Shown: positions 1-13,260 of the stretch, piece by piece | Position numbering within the stretch: position 1 is the first letter of the stretch | How the letters are laid out: each line of letters opens with the position of its first letter | Assembly (NCBI GenBank): GCA_973895155.1 | Contig: OZ316897.1 | Span: forward strand, 8,827,832 to 8,891,831 | Source: Marsupella aquatica | Taxonomy: Eukaryota > Plantae > Marchantiophyta | Reading direction: 5' to 3' | DNA: 64,000 bases | Notes under the pieces: generated by a model | Seen by the model: the letters and a program-made list of their open reading frames with translations, nothing else | The model's database searches: none | Told to the model about the DNA's origin: nothing | Translations under genes and position numbers: made by a program

Positions 1-3000
1 GCAGTTCTCGACCAAAAGGTGGCATGGTAAAGAATTCTGACATTGCTCTCGTGGACTTTTACAATGTTTGAAAGTGTCTTCCCTAATTAGGCAAGCAGTC
101 CACGCGGCGTCGAATGGAGTGAATTGATGTTTATGGAGGGAAATCTCGTGAACTGATTTGGGAATCGAGCAGACCAGAATTTATTCATAGCGATAATAAG
201 TTCGATGATCGATCTCAATCATGGACTTCAGTGAGACTTGATTCTTGTGTACCATCAATCACCTGTCAGCTACAAGTTATTCAAGGTGTTTCTTCCAAGA
301 TGCGGCGACTTTCAGCTGCAGGCTAGTATCACGGAGATATTTTATCGGCTTGCGAAGAAAGGGCCACATCTATTGCACTTCATACAGGATCGAGATGTCA
401 AGAAATGTATTGAGTCGCTGATACAATCCAAGAAGCCCGACCTGTTGTTAGAAATCAGGAAAATTGTGACGCATCTCAACGAATCCCTCGGCTGCCTCAG
501 AAGGTAATCAAATCAGTTAATGAAGTGGATCTGTTAAGAGCTTGGTTTAAGAGCTGAAAGAACTTTAGCCCGTGTCGATGTGTAACTGCGAGTTTTTGTG
601 TTTTCTCCTGTCACTGGCAGTTCTAGATATGAGCGATTAAATACTCTGAATCGATCGTTACATGCAAAATATAAACACTGTAGGAAACGTTACGCTAGAA
701 GTCAATTTTGGATGGCAATAAAAATGAAAATCATGACCAAAGTTCGGAATTGGGTTGTTAAACACTGTTATGATGTCTTGTTACAGTGTTTACTCATTTC
801 TAGCGGAACAAATCTTAATAAATGGCCACGAAATGATCACGAGCGACAAGTGGGTAAACATTGGACGAGCTCAGCTAAGCTTCTACATCTCAGGACTCCC
901 AGACTCGGTAACATTACGTTTTTATTAGTCACGTTATCGGAGATCAGAGAACATTGTTGCCGCATTGATGTAGCTCTGACTGGCTCGTAAGCACTCTGCT
1001 GGTCGAATATGCTGATTTTCTGATTACTGTAGGGAGTCGAATGGCATTTTCTGGTCATATTCTGATGTTTATTGTCAATCGTCAACGTGACCTGATCATA
1101 CTAAGACTCCTAGTAAATATGTACAAATGCAAACAAAGGTCTGTACCGACGAAAATTCGATCATGGATGTGCAATATGAAGACATTATGGAGGTCAAAAG
1201 TGAGTATCTTGCAATTAAGACTTAGTCCCGTCTCCAATTTATTGTATCGAAAGGCTTAGACCACATTTGAGGCTATCTTGAATTTGATTGCACTGAAGTA
1301 ATCTGTACGCGGGTCGGTACGTTGTCTCGATGGGACGAGGACTTGTTCGATAACTAAGCCTGGTCTGGAACGTACCCCAGAACGTAGAACTAGGTTCTAA
1401 CTGATGAGCTGAAACGGAGTTATGCAGTCTGTATGTAGTCTGAGGAAATTATGCCAATACTCTGAAGCTCTGAAGCACATAGCTAGTACTTTAAATGACT
1501 AATGTAGCCAGCCTATCAACATGCAATTGATCCTCCGGACGTGCTAGAGACAAAATCTAAATTGTGATAGTGTGACTGTGCAGAATCATCTCCAACTCTC
1601 CTGGAAATACTTGTGCAGAAGAGAGCCGGATTTTCTTCCTTTAAGGTTGGCCATGTGATCACGTACAGCTGCCTTGAGTTGTAGCAATTCAATTTCAGTT
1701 TGTCATTCTTACTGGGGATATACATACCAGATGAACAAAAGTTGATGTACTTAACACCCGACTTAACAGCTTCGTGCTCCCCTCTGATCCGGCTATGTAC
1801 AGGCGCTAGGCCAGGAGAGAAGCTCGTCGACCATCCTCAGAACGCAAATGCACTTTAACCCAGCAGGTTTGCAGACCAATACTTTTGAAAAAGTTGATTT
1901 ATAAACACTATATCCGGCATCTGCTATACTGTACTTCGCTCTGGACCTTCACATGCTTCGTATACGTGGTCTGGCTGCGCGCTCTGTTTACTGCCAGCTC
2001 GGGAGAATAAGGAGTCAAAAATGAAAGGTACTCTTCCATGAAGAGACAGTCACTCAATCCGACTGTTTCGGGTTATTTTGCAGATTTGTCAACAATCGAG
2101 TCCAGCATATTGCCACAGATACGTGCGCTTGCAGTCGGGACGGGCCTCGAAGAAGAAAAAAAGGTATGATCACGATGCCGAAAAGAACACTTCCATTGTT
2201 CTCGTACCTCTGCAAGTGATGATATGGAACTTCACATCGCAATGTCACTTGATTCATACGTTTGTTGTGGAGGGCTGCCTGGTGCCCTTAGTTCGAGTTC
2301 CAGTATTGTGGATTATCTTACGCTTTGCTGGTTTTGATCCTTTTGTTAGGTTGATCCTCATCGTGTACTAAACTAGACTACTAACCCCGATACTAACTCG
2401 TGACGTGTAATTTTAACAAAGTATGATTCGTGTTGTAAATGGTTCGAACCAAATTATGCAGGCATCGAACAGTCATTTTGTTGCCAAGTCAGAAAGCAAT
2501 TGCTCAAAAGGTGGCGCAGTCAATTTGAAGACTTTCTACCAGACAAACATGAGCGGACATCCGGGCAAAACGGTTTCACTTTCTCCCGTTTTAGCTGGAG
2601 ACGGTCGACTGCCAGACCGGGCACAGCGTCGTGGCAGGAACGAGAAATTTAGCCTAAGTGATAACATCCATAATGCACCAGCTTTTGTCGCTGAAACTCC
2701 ACAAGATGTAGACACCCTCCAAGAAGCAGCAACTGCAAAAAATTCGAAGCCATCTGGAAGGCATACCGAAGACTGTTATCAACAACAAGTTGCACGCGTG
2801 TCGTCGGTCATTGAGTCGTCGGTCATTGAGCTTTTCAATCCTCTTCGCACGGGGCAACCTGTCCCGAATAGGCAAGAAGATCGTCCATTGCAGAATAGCA
2901 ACATCGAGCCTGTCGCTGCATACCCTAATATGTCATCGGGGCCTCCCGCCAACATTCAGGCGGACACCAACCATTCCCGCAGAGTTGCAATTGCAGCTAC

Positions 3001-6000
3001 AGATGGTAACAAAATGTGCGAAGTTGACAGGCCCTCTAAGCATAGTCATCTCATGACACAAAATCTACAGGCCCTCCCTGGCCCCCAAACGAAATCCCCT
3101 TCCGATGCTATCGTTCGTGCACGGGTCTGTAATTCAGATTCTGAGACCGAAGATGAGACAGATCGATCTCGAAGAGTAGGTGAATTACGGATGAAGAAAC
3201 GTCAAGACCCGCACCCTACCAATGTGGTTCCACTGAACTCACCACGTCAAGCTAGCAAAGGAAACTCGGCCCGAAATACTTTCCGTCATGTCAAAGATGC
3301 AGACGTACAGCGGGAAGTGCAACGATCCGGCGAGTCCTCAGGAAAGCATCCGATGACGCCGCTTAGAGGTATGCCGGGGTCAGACAGCGTTATGACAGAT
3401 ATTCGGGAGAAGCCTGTTACTAGCAGGAAGGGTACAAAGAGTTGTCCTACGAAGTCTTTGAGAGACGTCTCAAACTGCGCTACAGGGCAGGCCAAAAATG
3501 CGCTGAACAATTCTTCGCGAACGATAAGGAAGAGGCAATGCAAGATGGCCATAACATACTTCGATGCAGATGACGATGCGAATGATAGGTCAACTGAATT
3601 CGTAGTGACGAGACAGAGAAAGTCTAGAGATACGGTCACAGATCCCGCGATCGATAAGATTGCTAAACGTGGTGCTCTAACAACAACAAAACGTGCGCGC
3701 CGTGCTGCTGCTCAGGATTCGTGCAGGGCATTGACGATCTGTCCAAGAAATGATCGTGTTCCAGATACACACCAATGTGGTCGGAACGCATCAACAACAT
3801 CTGTGAGAAGAAAACAAAATCGAGAACAAAACTGCTCTACAGCGAAGTTCCCCAAGCTTGGACGGAAGGTCGCGTGTACTTCAGATTCGAGAAACGACGA
3901 TGCCGAGGATGTCTTTCGCTTTACTGCCAATCCAGTTAAGGAACGACAAGCACAAAAGACTTCGTTAGCATTAACTGGGCAGGGAAGACAAAATTCGGAA
4001 TTCGCTGAGCCTTACAAATTGAAAAGGAAACAGTCAGCAGGGGAGTCCCACAAGCTATTGAATGCTGCTCGTCAAAGATCGTGCACCTCCAATGGACCAC
4101 GACCTACGTCGGTCAGACCACGTGGCCAAATCATGAAAGCTTCGCCACCCGCTTCGCCAGCGGTATCTCCTCCTGCTGTATCCTTTCAAGTTAGTACGTC
4201 CACTCTGACGATTTGATTTCCAGTCGCTGTATCGATGAGAAAGAAATTTTGCACTAATTCGATCGGACACTTGATTCAGAAAAATTCAACCCATCATTTT
4301 GTATTTTTACGTAATCAACCGATCATATTGAAACTATAAGAAAGAAGGTTCAAAAAAAATTTCATCAAGGCTCTTGTCAGTAACAGTTCGACTAATACGT
4401 ATCAGACGACCATTCATTCAATTCATATACTTCCGAACCAGTCTTAGATATGCTTGTGAACTGTTGCATCCTGGCGACAATAGAGCTAGCAGCTTCCTAG
4501 TTCTAAGTTGAGAATGATCAATTTGTCACAGTAGTTGATTGCTTTTTTCAAGAGCCCGCGCGTACTGTGTATTAGTACTAATGAAAGAATCCTTCATCCC
4601 AAAGTTACAGAAGCGGGATGAGGTCACGCCAGATCAACAGGGCCCAGAAAACCCAGAAATGTCAGCCTTCTCCAGATCTTCCGATATGGATAAGCGTTCT
4701 CGATCTTCCGCGCCACAAACACGGAAGACCTACTCAAAATCAGGTCTGTCATATTGATTGATGGGCTACCTTAAGTCTGGTAGAACTGCGATCCTCTCTG
4801 TTGATTAGGCGCTCTACGAAAGCCTTAAGGATTTATGATTAATCTGCCTGTCTGTGTACTGCAGGCAGAATCATCACCAAGAACTCCAGACTGGGGCGCT
4901 GGAGATCCTCCTCTATTAGAAAGCTCGAACTTCCCGAAATGGATGCCGCATCAGAGGACGAATCAATTGACGGGGCCACGCCCTCGAGTTCTCCTCGTAC
5001 GTAATATAATTCAATTTGCCCACGGAATAATGAGAATTTTTTTGGCCGGATTCCATCTTGCAGATCATTGTGTAGTCGAAAGTTGGTAAGTTTTTTACCA
5101 TTGCAACAAGCATTCGCTTTGATTTGGGAGCAAGCTGGTTACCCGCTCATCTACAGAATCTACTGTAGGTGATCTTGTGCTATGATAATGAGTCTTGTAA
5201 TTGGACTGGTCAATTCTTTGAAAATCTAATCTCCGATCGAGGCTTGCAAGCTGAAACTCAGCACTCGACAGCATAACTCTGTTTACGCTGTGCAGTTGCA
5301 AAAGTATTAGAAGAGAATGCCGCAGAAGACGGCGAAGGCAGCAGGTGCTTGTCATTCATGAAGAATTTTGAAACTGGCGTTTAAAGGACATTGTTTTTCT
5401 TACATAATAGGAACCATGACATGTTAATAACCTACATTGCCGATGAAAAAATCGCATTTTAAATAAATGACGACGCCTTAAATATCATTTTAAATAAAGA
5501 TGATCCGAGAATCTCATCCCATTGAATCCTAATTAATGTGATTACGACCTGCTCTATACTCGCAGCGACATTGGTATGATCGCAAAATTGCTAAAAAGGT
5601 TCAAACAAAAAGTTAAGCTTGCGGAAAAGAAGAATGTGGAAGATATTCTGTCCAATACCATGCAACGCATTCAACGTGAAATTCGATCAGCCGAAGCGCA
5701 GATTCGAGGAGAAAAGTAAGTGAAACTATGCTTTTTCGATCATGAATTTCAGGCGAAGATTCTCAATTCAATTGACAATGGCTGCAAATGAATCAAGGCT
5801 CGATTCGATGATTGAACTAAATTAAGCTGTGGCATCTTCCATAATGTGATTGGCATTCAGGACGGAGTTCACGGATTCCTGCAATAAGACATGTGGACAA
5901 TTAGAGAGTCAATTACAAGGTGAGTAATGCCTCAAACCAATCTCTATAGTGCTACATTGTAATGTCCTTGGTACATCTTGAGAATCGTTGCCTAAGATTC

Positions 6001-7452
6001 CACATTCGTGCAGAGCAAATTAAGAGGATGCGGACACTGTATGATAAATTTCACCAGGAGTTCGCTCAGCACCTTGAAAGTTACGACGGAATAGGTTGTA
6101 AAATAGAAGAAACAGGGCTGGAGCTCAACGATCTTGCAAAACAGCAAGGTGAGTCAGATCAATAGTTTCTCTCTTACAGTGTGGGAGTCTTCGAGGGATA
6201 TTCCCCTTGCATCCTGTAATCGTCAGTATCCATTTGAAGAAATTGCAAAAGAGAATGGCCATAACTAGTTTTGACAGGGACATGTAGCTCAGAAAGTACT
6301 TCATGGAAGTGCTGGAAAAAATTATGTTGTTCCAGATTTTTGTTGCAAAAAATGTAGTGAAAGATTTTTCACAGAGGACACGGCGTGCAGCACTAGGCGG
6401 AAAGTCAGACCATGAATCTGTACGGGTATCCAAAACTCTGTCGACGAGAGAATCTACTTAGCCCTTTTTTATTTTGTGAGCGTTGTTGTCAGGGCATGAC
6501 CACAAGGGCGTTCTCGCCAAGCTAAAAGAGTCGTGCAAGAACCACCTTGCAGATGCAGAACAGAAGATACTTCGAGCAGGAAAGGAGGTACAAAGTTGGT
6601 CAAATACCCCGCAAGGGAGTCTGGGCAAAGATTAGAAATTGAGTTCGTATTGCCGTACTGTTACATTCCTTTCAAAATTATAACTCGCACTGGAGGTATA
6701 CAAGGATGGGCACTGGAACCCAGACGGTTGGAGATCGCTTTTTACTAACAACGTTGGGACGGATGGGGTGGGGAAGCAGAGCTCAACTGGCATGCGCAGC
6801 CTGAAGGAGGCGCTTCAGGGAACGTTGAAAGATCTTTAGTACTATTAACCAACACATAATCAAGATTTTCACTGACATCTGTGTGCAATCCGTTCACGAT
6901 AACACACGAACATATCATGGAACCACTCATGTAGACCATTCTGCGATACGGGACTCAACTTGATTATCAGATTGAATTTAGCTCCCTTTAAAGTTACAGA
7001 ATGGAGGAAATATATGGACTTGAAAAGTAAAGATTTCGAAATTACAGGCATTGTTCGTGATACCGATAGCGGGCATGAGTTCTCGAATTGTTCATACACT
7101 GGGACAAAGCAGCCCGGATTAAATGCACCAGTCCATCTCTGTGATGATCACCCATAGAGCAATCACCTGGGACGAGTGGTTTTCTCATGGATTCCGCTAG
7201 ACAGTATAAGATGAATAACTAGACCTGTATGTGTCTTTTAGATTTGCATAGTCTAAAGAAACCTCATGCTTTCCTATCAATGCCAAAAATCATGCTCCTG
7301 TTACCAAGGTGAATCATGAAGTTTACATATTCTGTACGAGGCAGGGCGGGCAAACGCTTCGCTTTCTTGCGCTGACTCTGAGAAAGATCAACTCTGTGCT
7401 TCATACGAACCGATTGAATCCCGTCCTAAGTTCTATGCACAGAGCTCAATAG
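1..7452 (+). CDS. ASY3: Meiotic axis core protein, ASY3/PAIR3-like (SYCP2/Red1 family), with an N-terminal ARM+PH domain; 5' end lies outside the window
   Basis: Hand-spliced GT-AG exons in one continuous frame: <1-26, 270-503, 787-907, 1139-1199, 1584-1645, 1803-1866, 2084-2163, 2462-4189, ~4611-4743, 4865-4996, 5296-5344, 5566-5715, 5861-5919, 6014-6148, 6493-6587 and a tentative last exon 7345-7452. The C-terminal exons read DIGMIAKLLKRFKQKVKLAEKKNVEDILSNTMQRIQREIRSAEAQIRGEK...QLESQLQEQIKRMRTLYDKFHQEFAQHLESY...HKGVLAKLKESCKNHLADAEQKI, the ASY3 coiled-coil pattern. The middle is a long disordered S/R/K-rich region. The central small exons and the last exon are less certain. Confidence 0.8.
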
Positions 7453-7500
7453 GGTTCTATCGACAATATGACGACTCGACCCTAAAGGCTTGCATGTTGC

Positions 7501-10500
7501 CTAACGTCGGTAAACACGCCCGTACCCAGGTGAGATGCGGTCGTCATTGAACACATTCAGCTCTGGTGCAAGGAGCTTTGTGTATCGATCGAAGTACAGC
7601 AGCTGCTTCACCAGCAATCCAAACTCTCGAGGGAGCCGCAATCCATAGCTTTCACTTACTCGGACCTGCAGAGATTTACAATACCTCATTCAGAAGGAGG
7701 GTGATATGGCAATTCTGGGCATTGGATGCGACAACTTCCGGCAGCATACCACAAGATAGCATGGCTTTGTCAGTGACATACGTCCCAACCATCGATGGAT
7801 TCCGCTGCCAAAAGTATCAGAGGTTGTGAGAGGGAAGGGGGGTAAAGAGATTTATACCACATCAAGTAGCAGAGCATTGACTTGCTGCTCATCAATGACT
7901 AGGGTGGCGTCCACAGATGAACCATATGGACTTGCTGTTTGAGTCAACAGTACATCTGGGTCCAAGTCCTGCAGCATTTGTGGCCAGAGTTAAACAAAGA
8001 ACTCCATCCCATCACATTACTTATAGCTTCCTGGGCGTCTTAATTCACACCAGCCACGGCAGCTTAAGTTATATCAAGTGCTCTAGCAAAGATCATAGAT
8101 CACTCCCCATCCTAGTCCTTTTGGTTTCACACTACCATACTCTCCTCACCCTTCTGAATTGTGCCACAAATCTATAGCTACACTGAATCATTAGACCTTC
8201 CTAGCGAGCATAACGACCTCTTCATGCCCCAAGTGATTCATCTTATTTACAGAAGGCTCCCATTCAAGAACTGCACTACAGACAACAAAGGTTCGGGTAT
8301 AGCAAAGACTCTTGTATGAGCATCATGTCGAACCACAAACCCGAACTGTACTGAATATCTTCTCTAGGTCAAGTGCGAAGCTGTCCACGTCCACAATCTT
8401 ATCAGTGGCACCCATCTGCACCATTGCTGTAGCCATGGCTCTGTACTGGCCGTCTCCAACTGAAGAGAGAAATGTCTGCATAGCCGCCCAGGTTGCTGGA
8501 GAGATTCGGCCCACAATTCCTGCCAAAATGGATTTTGCATCAATAGTCAAGAACTCAAGCGAAGATTGACCACTGTTCCAAACAGAACTACGAACTGCTG
8601 TGCCCAAATACATATCTGCATTGAAGAAAAGTGCAGAGGTTAATTCAACTTTGCCATACAGAGCAAAACGTCAGCTGGTATGGGAGAAATACAGACAAGC
8701 AGCAGACCTACCAAAATCGATAAATCCAATGCGTCCATCGTTAAGCACAAGCAAGTTGCCAGCATGAACATCCGCATGAAAGCTCTCACAGGCGATCAAA
8801 CTGCCAAACCTGCCAATTCCACCGAAAACAGCTGTGTTGTCCATATCTCTGTCATTTGACTATATCTCAACATTTGCACTTAGACGGTTGCTTCGCTGGA
8901 ATGTAACGAGGAATGTAATCAAAGGGAATGGAGAGAACAGCCAGACGAAAATGTCAATGTTCAAAAGCTTGTAGAGCACTTTTTAGTACACTGGTAAAGA
9001 CCCACAGGCTATTGATTCAACTGATAATTGCCATGCACAGCAAACTCAATCAAGGAGCGCATGGATTGACAGGTACCAAACATTCAGGGCGTTAATCAAT
9101 GTTGCCTCCGGATTTGGCACTATGGAGCGAATCGACTCCAAGTCAGTCAGAGGAACACCAAAGAATCGCTCCATAGTCAGCACACGACGACTGGTACAAT
9201 GTTTGTACACAAATGGAGCAGTTGCCTGTCGGCTTGCCCCAGTCGCCTCAACATAGTTTCGGAATGCCTCAATACTCACTGCTTCCTTCCTGAAGTCCAC
9301 TTCTTCCAGCATTGATGCCCTTAAGTCACCCACTATACCTACCTGCAGCGCAGCTGAGACATTTTATGCTTACTGAAACAGGAATCACAGAGTTTAACAA
9401 CCGAAGAACCTCTCAAAGGTATAGGTAACAAAGGCTTGCCTGTGCTTTTCTGTTAAAACAAAAGGAAATTTCTGAGCTCATACTGATGACGTAATTCATG
9501 GCTGATGCATGAGCTCATACTGATGACGTAATTCATGGCTGATGCATATCAGCACTGACTTGATCAATCTGTCCTTTTCGTAAGACGCCAGTTACCGTAG
9601 TGTCATGTGTAGCTATATTGCATCACTTTCAACAGAGCCCAAAATTTGGTATCAGCTCCAGAGTACAGAGACTAACCAGAGACGTGCGGCTGAGTTGAGG
9701 GTTCAGGAATTCCAATATACGTGCTGTGATGTAAATGAAGTTGAGGTCGACTGTCAATATGTCCTCAACACCTGGTTTGAGAACTTTGATCACTACATCT
9801 TTTCGACTTTCTTTCAGCTTTGCTGCATGTACCTGTACGACAGTACATGAATTTAAACTCTGGGACCTTCTGCAAATTTTAAGAACAGAATCTTAATATT
9901 GAATGGACGGCAGAACATACCTGTGCGACAGAGGCTGATGCAAGAGGTTCTGGATCAATGTATTCGTAAACCTCCTCCAGAGGTCTACCAAGGTCCTCAC
10001 GAATGATAGCCTTAATCCTATCGAAAGGAACAGGTGGAGTTTTGTCGAGGCAGCTTTGGAACTCCTTCACATAGTCGGCCGGAAATAATGTGGGCGCAGA
10101 TGCTATGAACTGACACAAACATCAAGAAACGTCAACCACCAAAGCAGGGTACCACATCTGTCAACTCAGTCCAAATGAGCAGTACAAAGCCTGTCTTTTG
10201 CCTGGGTTTGTTCATACTTGTAGGGAGTATGCACATTGGTCCTATAGTTGAGTATCCTCACCTGACCCAGCTTGATATAGGTAGCTCCCAGTCTTTCAAA
10301 TAGACGGCGAAGTTGTGCAGGGCCAGGAGGGTCCACAGTGAAAGGAGCCCTTGCACTTGAGGAGATTTGTGCTCCCTGCACGATGAGCGAGGTCAGCTAT
10401 TGGGACTCTCAGCGGCCATGATGTCACTTTGGAACAATCAAACTCATTTAATGGAGTACAATCTGGTAAAGTTCGACATCAGACAGCCCTCTTAGACAGG

Positions 10501-12539
10501 TATCGGTGACTTATGTCTGATTTAATAGCGATGAAGATTTGAGATGACAACATGCACTTGGCTGGACTCGAAGCACCCTCAGAAATCCATATCTAGACCA
10601 TTCTTCAAACTGAGAGAACTAAAACCCCTTTCAGTGCTTGTTCTCTAGTGGCTGCCCCGAGGACAAAAGCAAACTGTAAACACAGAATCAACAAGTAGTC
10701 CCGATACTATATTTCTTCCTCCACTATGACGAAGATATGTATCTTAAAACAAGGTATTGCAACAGACAACAATATGGAACAAATAACACAAAACAAGACC
10801 TTCCACAAAACGCTTAAGATAATTGCATCTAAGCGCAGAAATTTACTTGTAATTGCTGCGAGAGATATTCACTCCCAACTGTCAAGACAGCCTCGATACC
10901 TTGAGCAAATCGAGTAGCACCTCTGGGCCCTGTACTAATGGCAGTACGCAGGATTTCTTCCAGTAGCCCATTTAGTTGGGAGATTCTCTCTGCTTAGAGG
11001 ACGGCCAAATCTCTCGTAAATAAAGTTGCCGTCGAAGAAAACTTAGCAAAGACTCCAGCAATGCTAAAATTAAGTATGTGCAACAGAATGTTGCTATGCA
11101 ATGTGTTCTTTCTAGTCAAAATTTGAAATGGTGAAACTGCAAACTACAATAACGAATCACAGCACAACTTGATCTGTTACCTTGATCCAATGGTGGAAGA
11201 CCCTCTGTTCTGGGCCGAGTTGGTGTGGTGGAGACCGCCCTGGCAACCAAGGCTGTTCTTGTTCGGACTACTTGAGAATAACCAAAACGGCCGTGGTGTG
11301 CTATCTTGCTTCCCAGACTTCGCCATCTTTGACCTAACATCCTGTCCTGCTCAGATAGCGAACAACGAGCATAGGAAAGTCAGCAATGAATTGCCAAAAC
11401 AGCTCACAAGTAGTAGGATTCAGCCAGAGAGTTCCTCATTAACCCTCGTATTAAAATTAAGGCACAGTCAGCTGATACTTTTCATCAAACATGTGGAAAT
11501 TACAATCAAACCCAGGAGCTAGAAGGTCAAAATCAAATGACACTCCGTTCTTCCAGATTGGAACCAATCTATTGAAAGTTTGAAGCAGTCATGATTCAGC
11601 AATTGAAAGCGAACCCCGCTGAGATTTGTTTACTTCAAGAAGTCACAGTAGGGTACTGAGAACAGTTTGCCATGACGCAAGCTTGCAAAAACATTTCTGC
11701 GAGGACTTTATCCGACAAATTCGTCACCAAAATAGCTCTATCTTCGAGAGCACTTCTTGTCATGAGTCCAGACAAGGTTACAAACGGAGTCTCGTGTGGA
11801 TACGACCAATTTGTTCACCAATTTGTTCAAAGACCATCATTGCGGTCAGAATTAAGGGAGATTCTGATGTATATTCCCATCCACGGAGATCAGGACTGCC
11901 GTTCGATCGTAGCTAACTTCCAATGCTTCAAGCTTAGGGGTGCATTCATCCACAAACGGACTACCCGGCAGTCATCAGCGAGGCTGGTACTTTGTAAATG
12001 TCAATCTTCAACTATGTTTGAAACAAAGCAAGGCGTTCGGAGATACACCTATTAAAGTAGCCTTTGTTGCCTGCATCGCTTACAACTGCACGAAATTTCT
12101 CCAAATTAAATTTTGTTTTGTCCAATTTTGGCTGAAGCGGAATCTTTCAGCTGCAGCAATGCAGCTCTCCACAACTCGAGAGCTAGGATCCCTCAGTGGG
12201 ACTTTGAACAGTGTATACACACCACTCTTCGGCATTGATAGCCGGGTAAGGAATGATGACCATGTGCAGGGAAATTCGAATTGTGATCCCCATCACCGCA
12301 AGATGAGCTAGAGAAGGGGAAGAGCACAGAAAGCTGCACTACCCTACCGCAAAATTGGAAACAAAAGAATGAACGCTCTCATCCCATGACCCCCACGCGT
12401 CTCACCATCCTCCATGCCAATACTTAAGACGATTCCAGAGACCCAGAATCTCAAAAGGCAGAACAGGAAGTAATTGGGCAACGAAACACATCTGTACCTG
12501 TCGTAGCAGCATCACCGGGGTAGCAATCACGGTTGCCAT
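7501..12539 (-). CDS. ABC1K9: Plastid ABC1/UbiB (AarF) atypical kinase, ABC1K9-like, ~542 aa, 11 exons
   Basis: Exons 12539-12498, 11346-11181, 10989-10847, 10375-10262, 10109-9921, 9832-9677, 9342-9077, 8809-8712, 8519-8341, 7968-7858 and 7665-7501, all GT-AG and in frame. Motifs: LGATYIKLGQ (KxGQ), PLASASVAQVH (A-rich loop), VVIKV, FHADVHAGN, IDFG and a C-terminal LLVKQLLYFDRYTKLLAP. The N-terminus resembles a transit peptide. Confidence 0.9.
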
Positions 12540-12933
12540 GGCCTGAATCATCTCTAACCCAGCTGATACCCTTCCGCTCAGCTCAGTCTCAGAATTGGAA
12601 TGAGAGCTCTGAAGTCTCCCTCAGATAGATGAGACGCTCTATAGGCTTGAGCATGAGGCCCTTCTTCTTCAGATACTCAGTTCGGTATAATCTGCCCGAA
12701 AATCGGCAATCCTTCTCCCAATTCGTCCTAGACCCCACATTTCCTAAGAGAAAGAAGGAGGCCGTTTGGAGCACTACCGTGGACGTAATTTGAGACCCTC
12801 CATGTTTCTTGTGGACATGAGTTCACTCATTCAGCTGCTTTCTTTTGGCTCACTCTACCCGCCCACAAACTATTCAGTGACGTCGATAAAATGGCAGTCG
12901 TTTTCTTCATGTTTGCTTGCGACACAAACGAGT
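8743..12933. repeat. Left arm of a ~4.2-kb inverted duplication
   Basis: Reverse complement of 14261-18504. Mirror ORF pairs include 9046-9333(-)/17914-18201(+), 9879-10118(-)/17143-17382(+) and 11116-11340(-)/15908-16132(+). Confidence 0.95.
9474..9547. repeat. 37-bp intronic tandem duplication (x2), mirrored at ~17714-17787
   Basis: gagctcatactgatgacgtaattcatggctgatgcat occurs twice in tandem. Confidence 0.9.
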
Positions 12934-13260
12934 TGGCTTTACAAGAACTTGGGGCAGCATTGCCTTTTTCTCTAAGTGTGAGATGCATTTCCTTTTTCTC
13001 TAAGTGGGGTGGGTATTGAATAATAGACGCATGACAAGAAAGCCCTGATGATGGATGGATAGAATAAGGGTGGCTTTACAGGAACTTGGGGCAGCATTGC
13101 CTTTTTCTCTAAGTGTGAGATGCATTTCCTTTTTCTCTAAGTGGGGTGGGTATTGAATAATAGACGCATGACAAGAAAGCCCTAATGATGGATGGATAGA
13201 ATAAGGGTGGCTTTACAGGAACTTGGGGGCAACATTTCCTTTTTCTCTAAGTGTGAGGTG
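12934..13260. repeat. 137-bp tandem repeat, ~2.4 copies
   Basis: Units start tggctttaca at 12934, 13071 and 13208. Confidence 0.9.

Noticed and set aside
2021-2027. ATGAAAG|gt as the ASY3 start exon, or ORF 2423 as a stand-alone gene
   Set aside because: The phase is compatible, but the upstream exons give a continuous SYCP2-like frame. It is kept only as a possible short-isoform start.
5064-5085. 22-nt candidate ASY3 exon with good splice sites
   Set aside because: Including it breaks the frame with the next exon in my model; unresolved without RNA data.
11580-12311. ORFs in ABC1K9 intron 1 (and mirrors at 14825-15621)
   Set aside because: No recognisable domain, and the frames are not preserved between the two arms.
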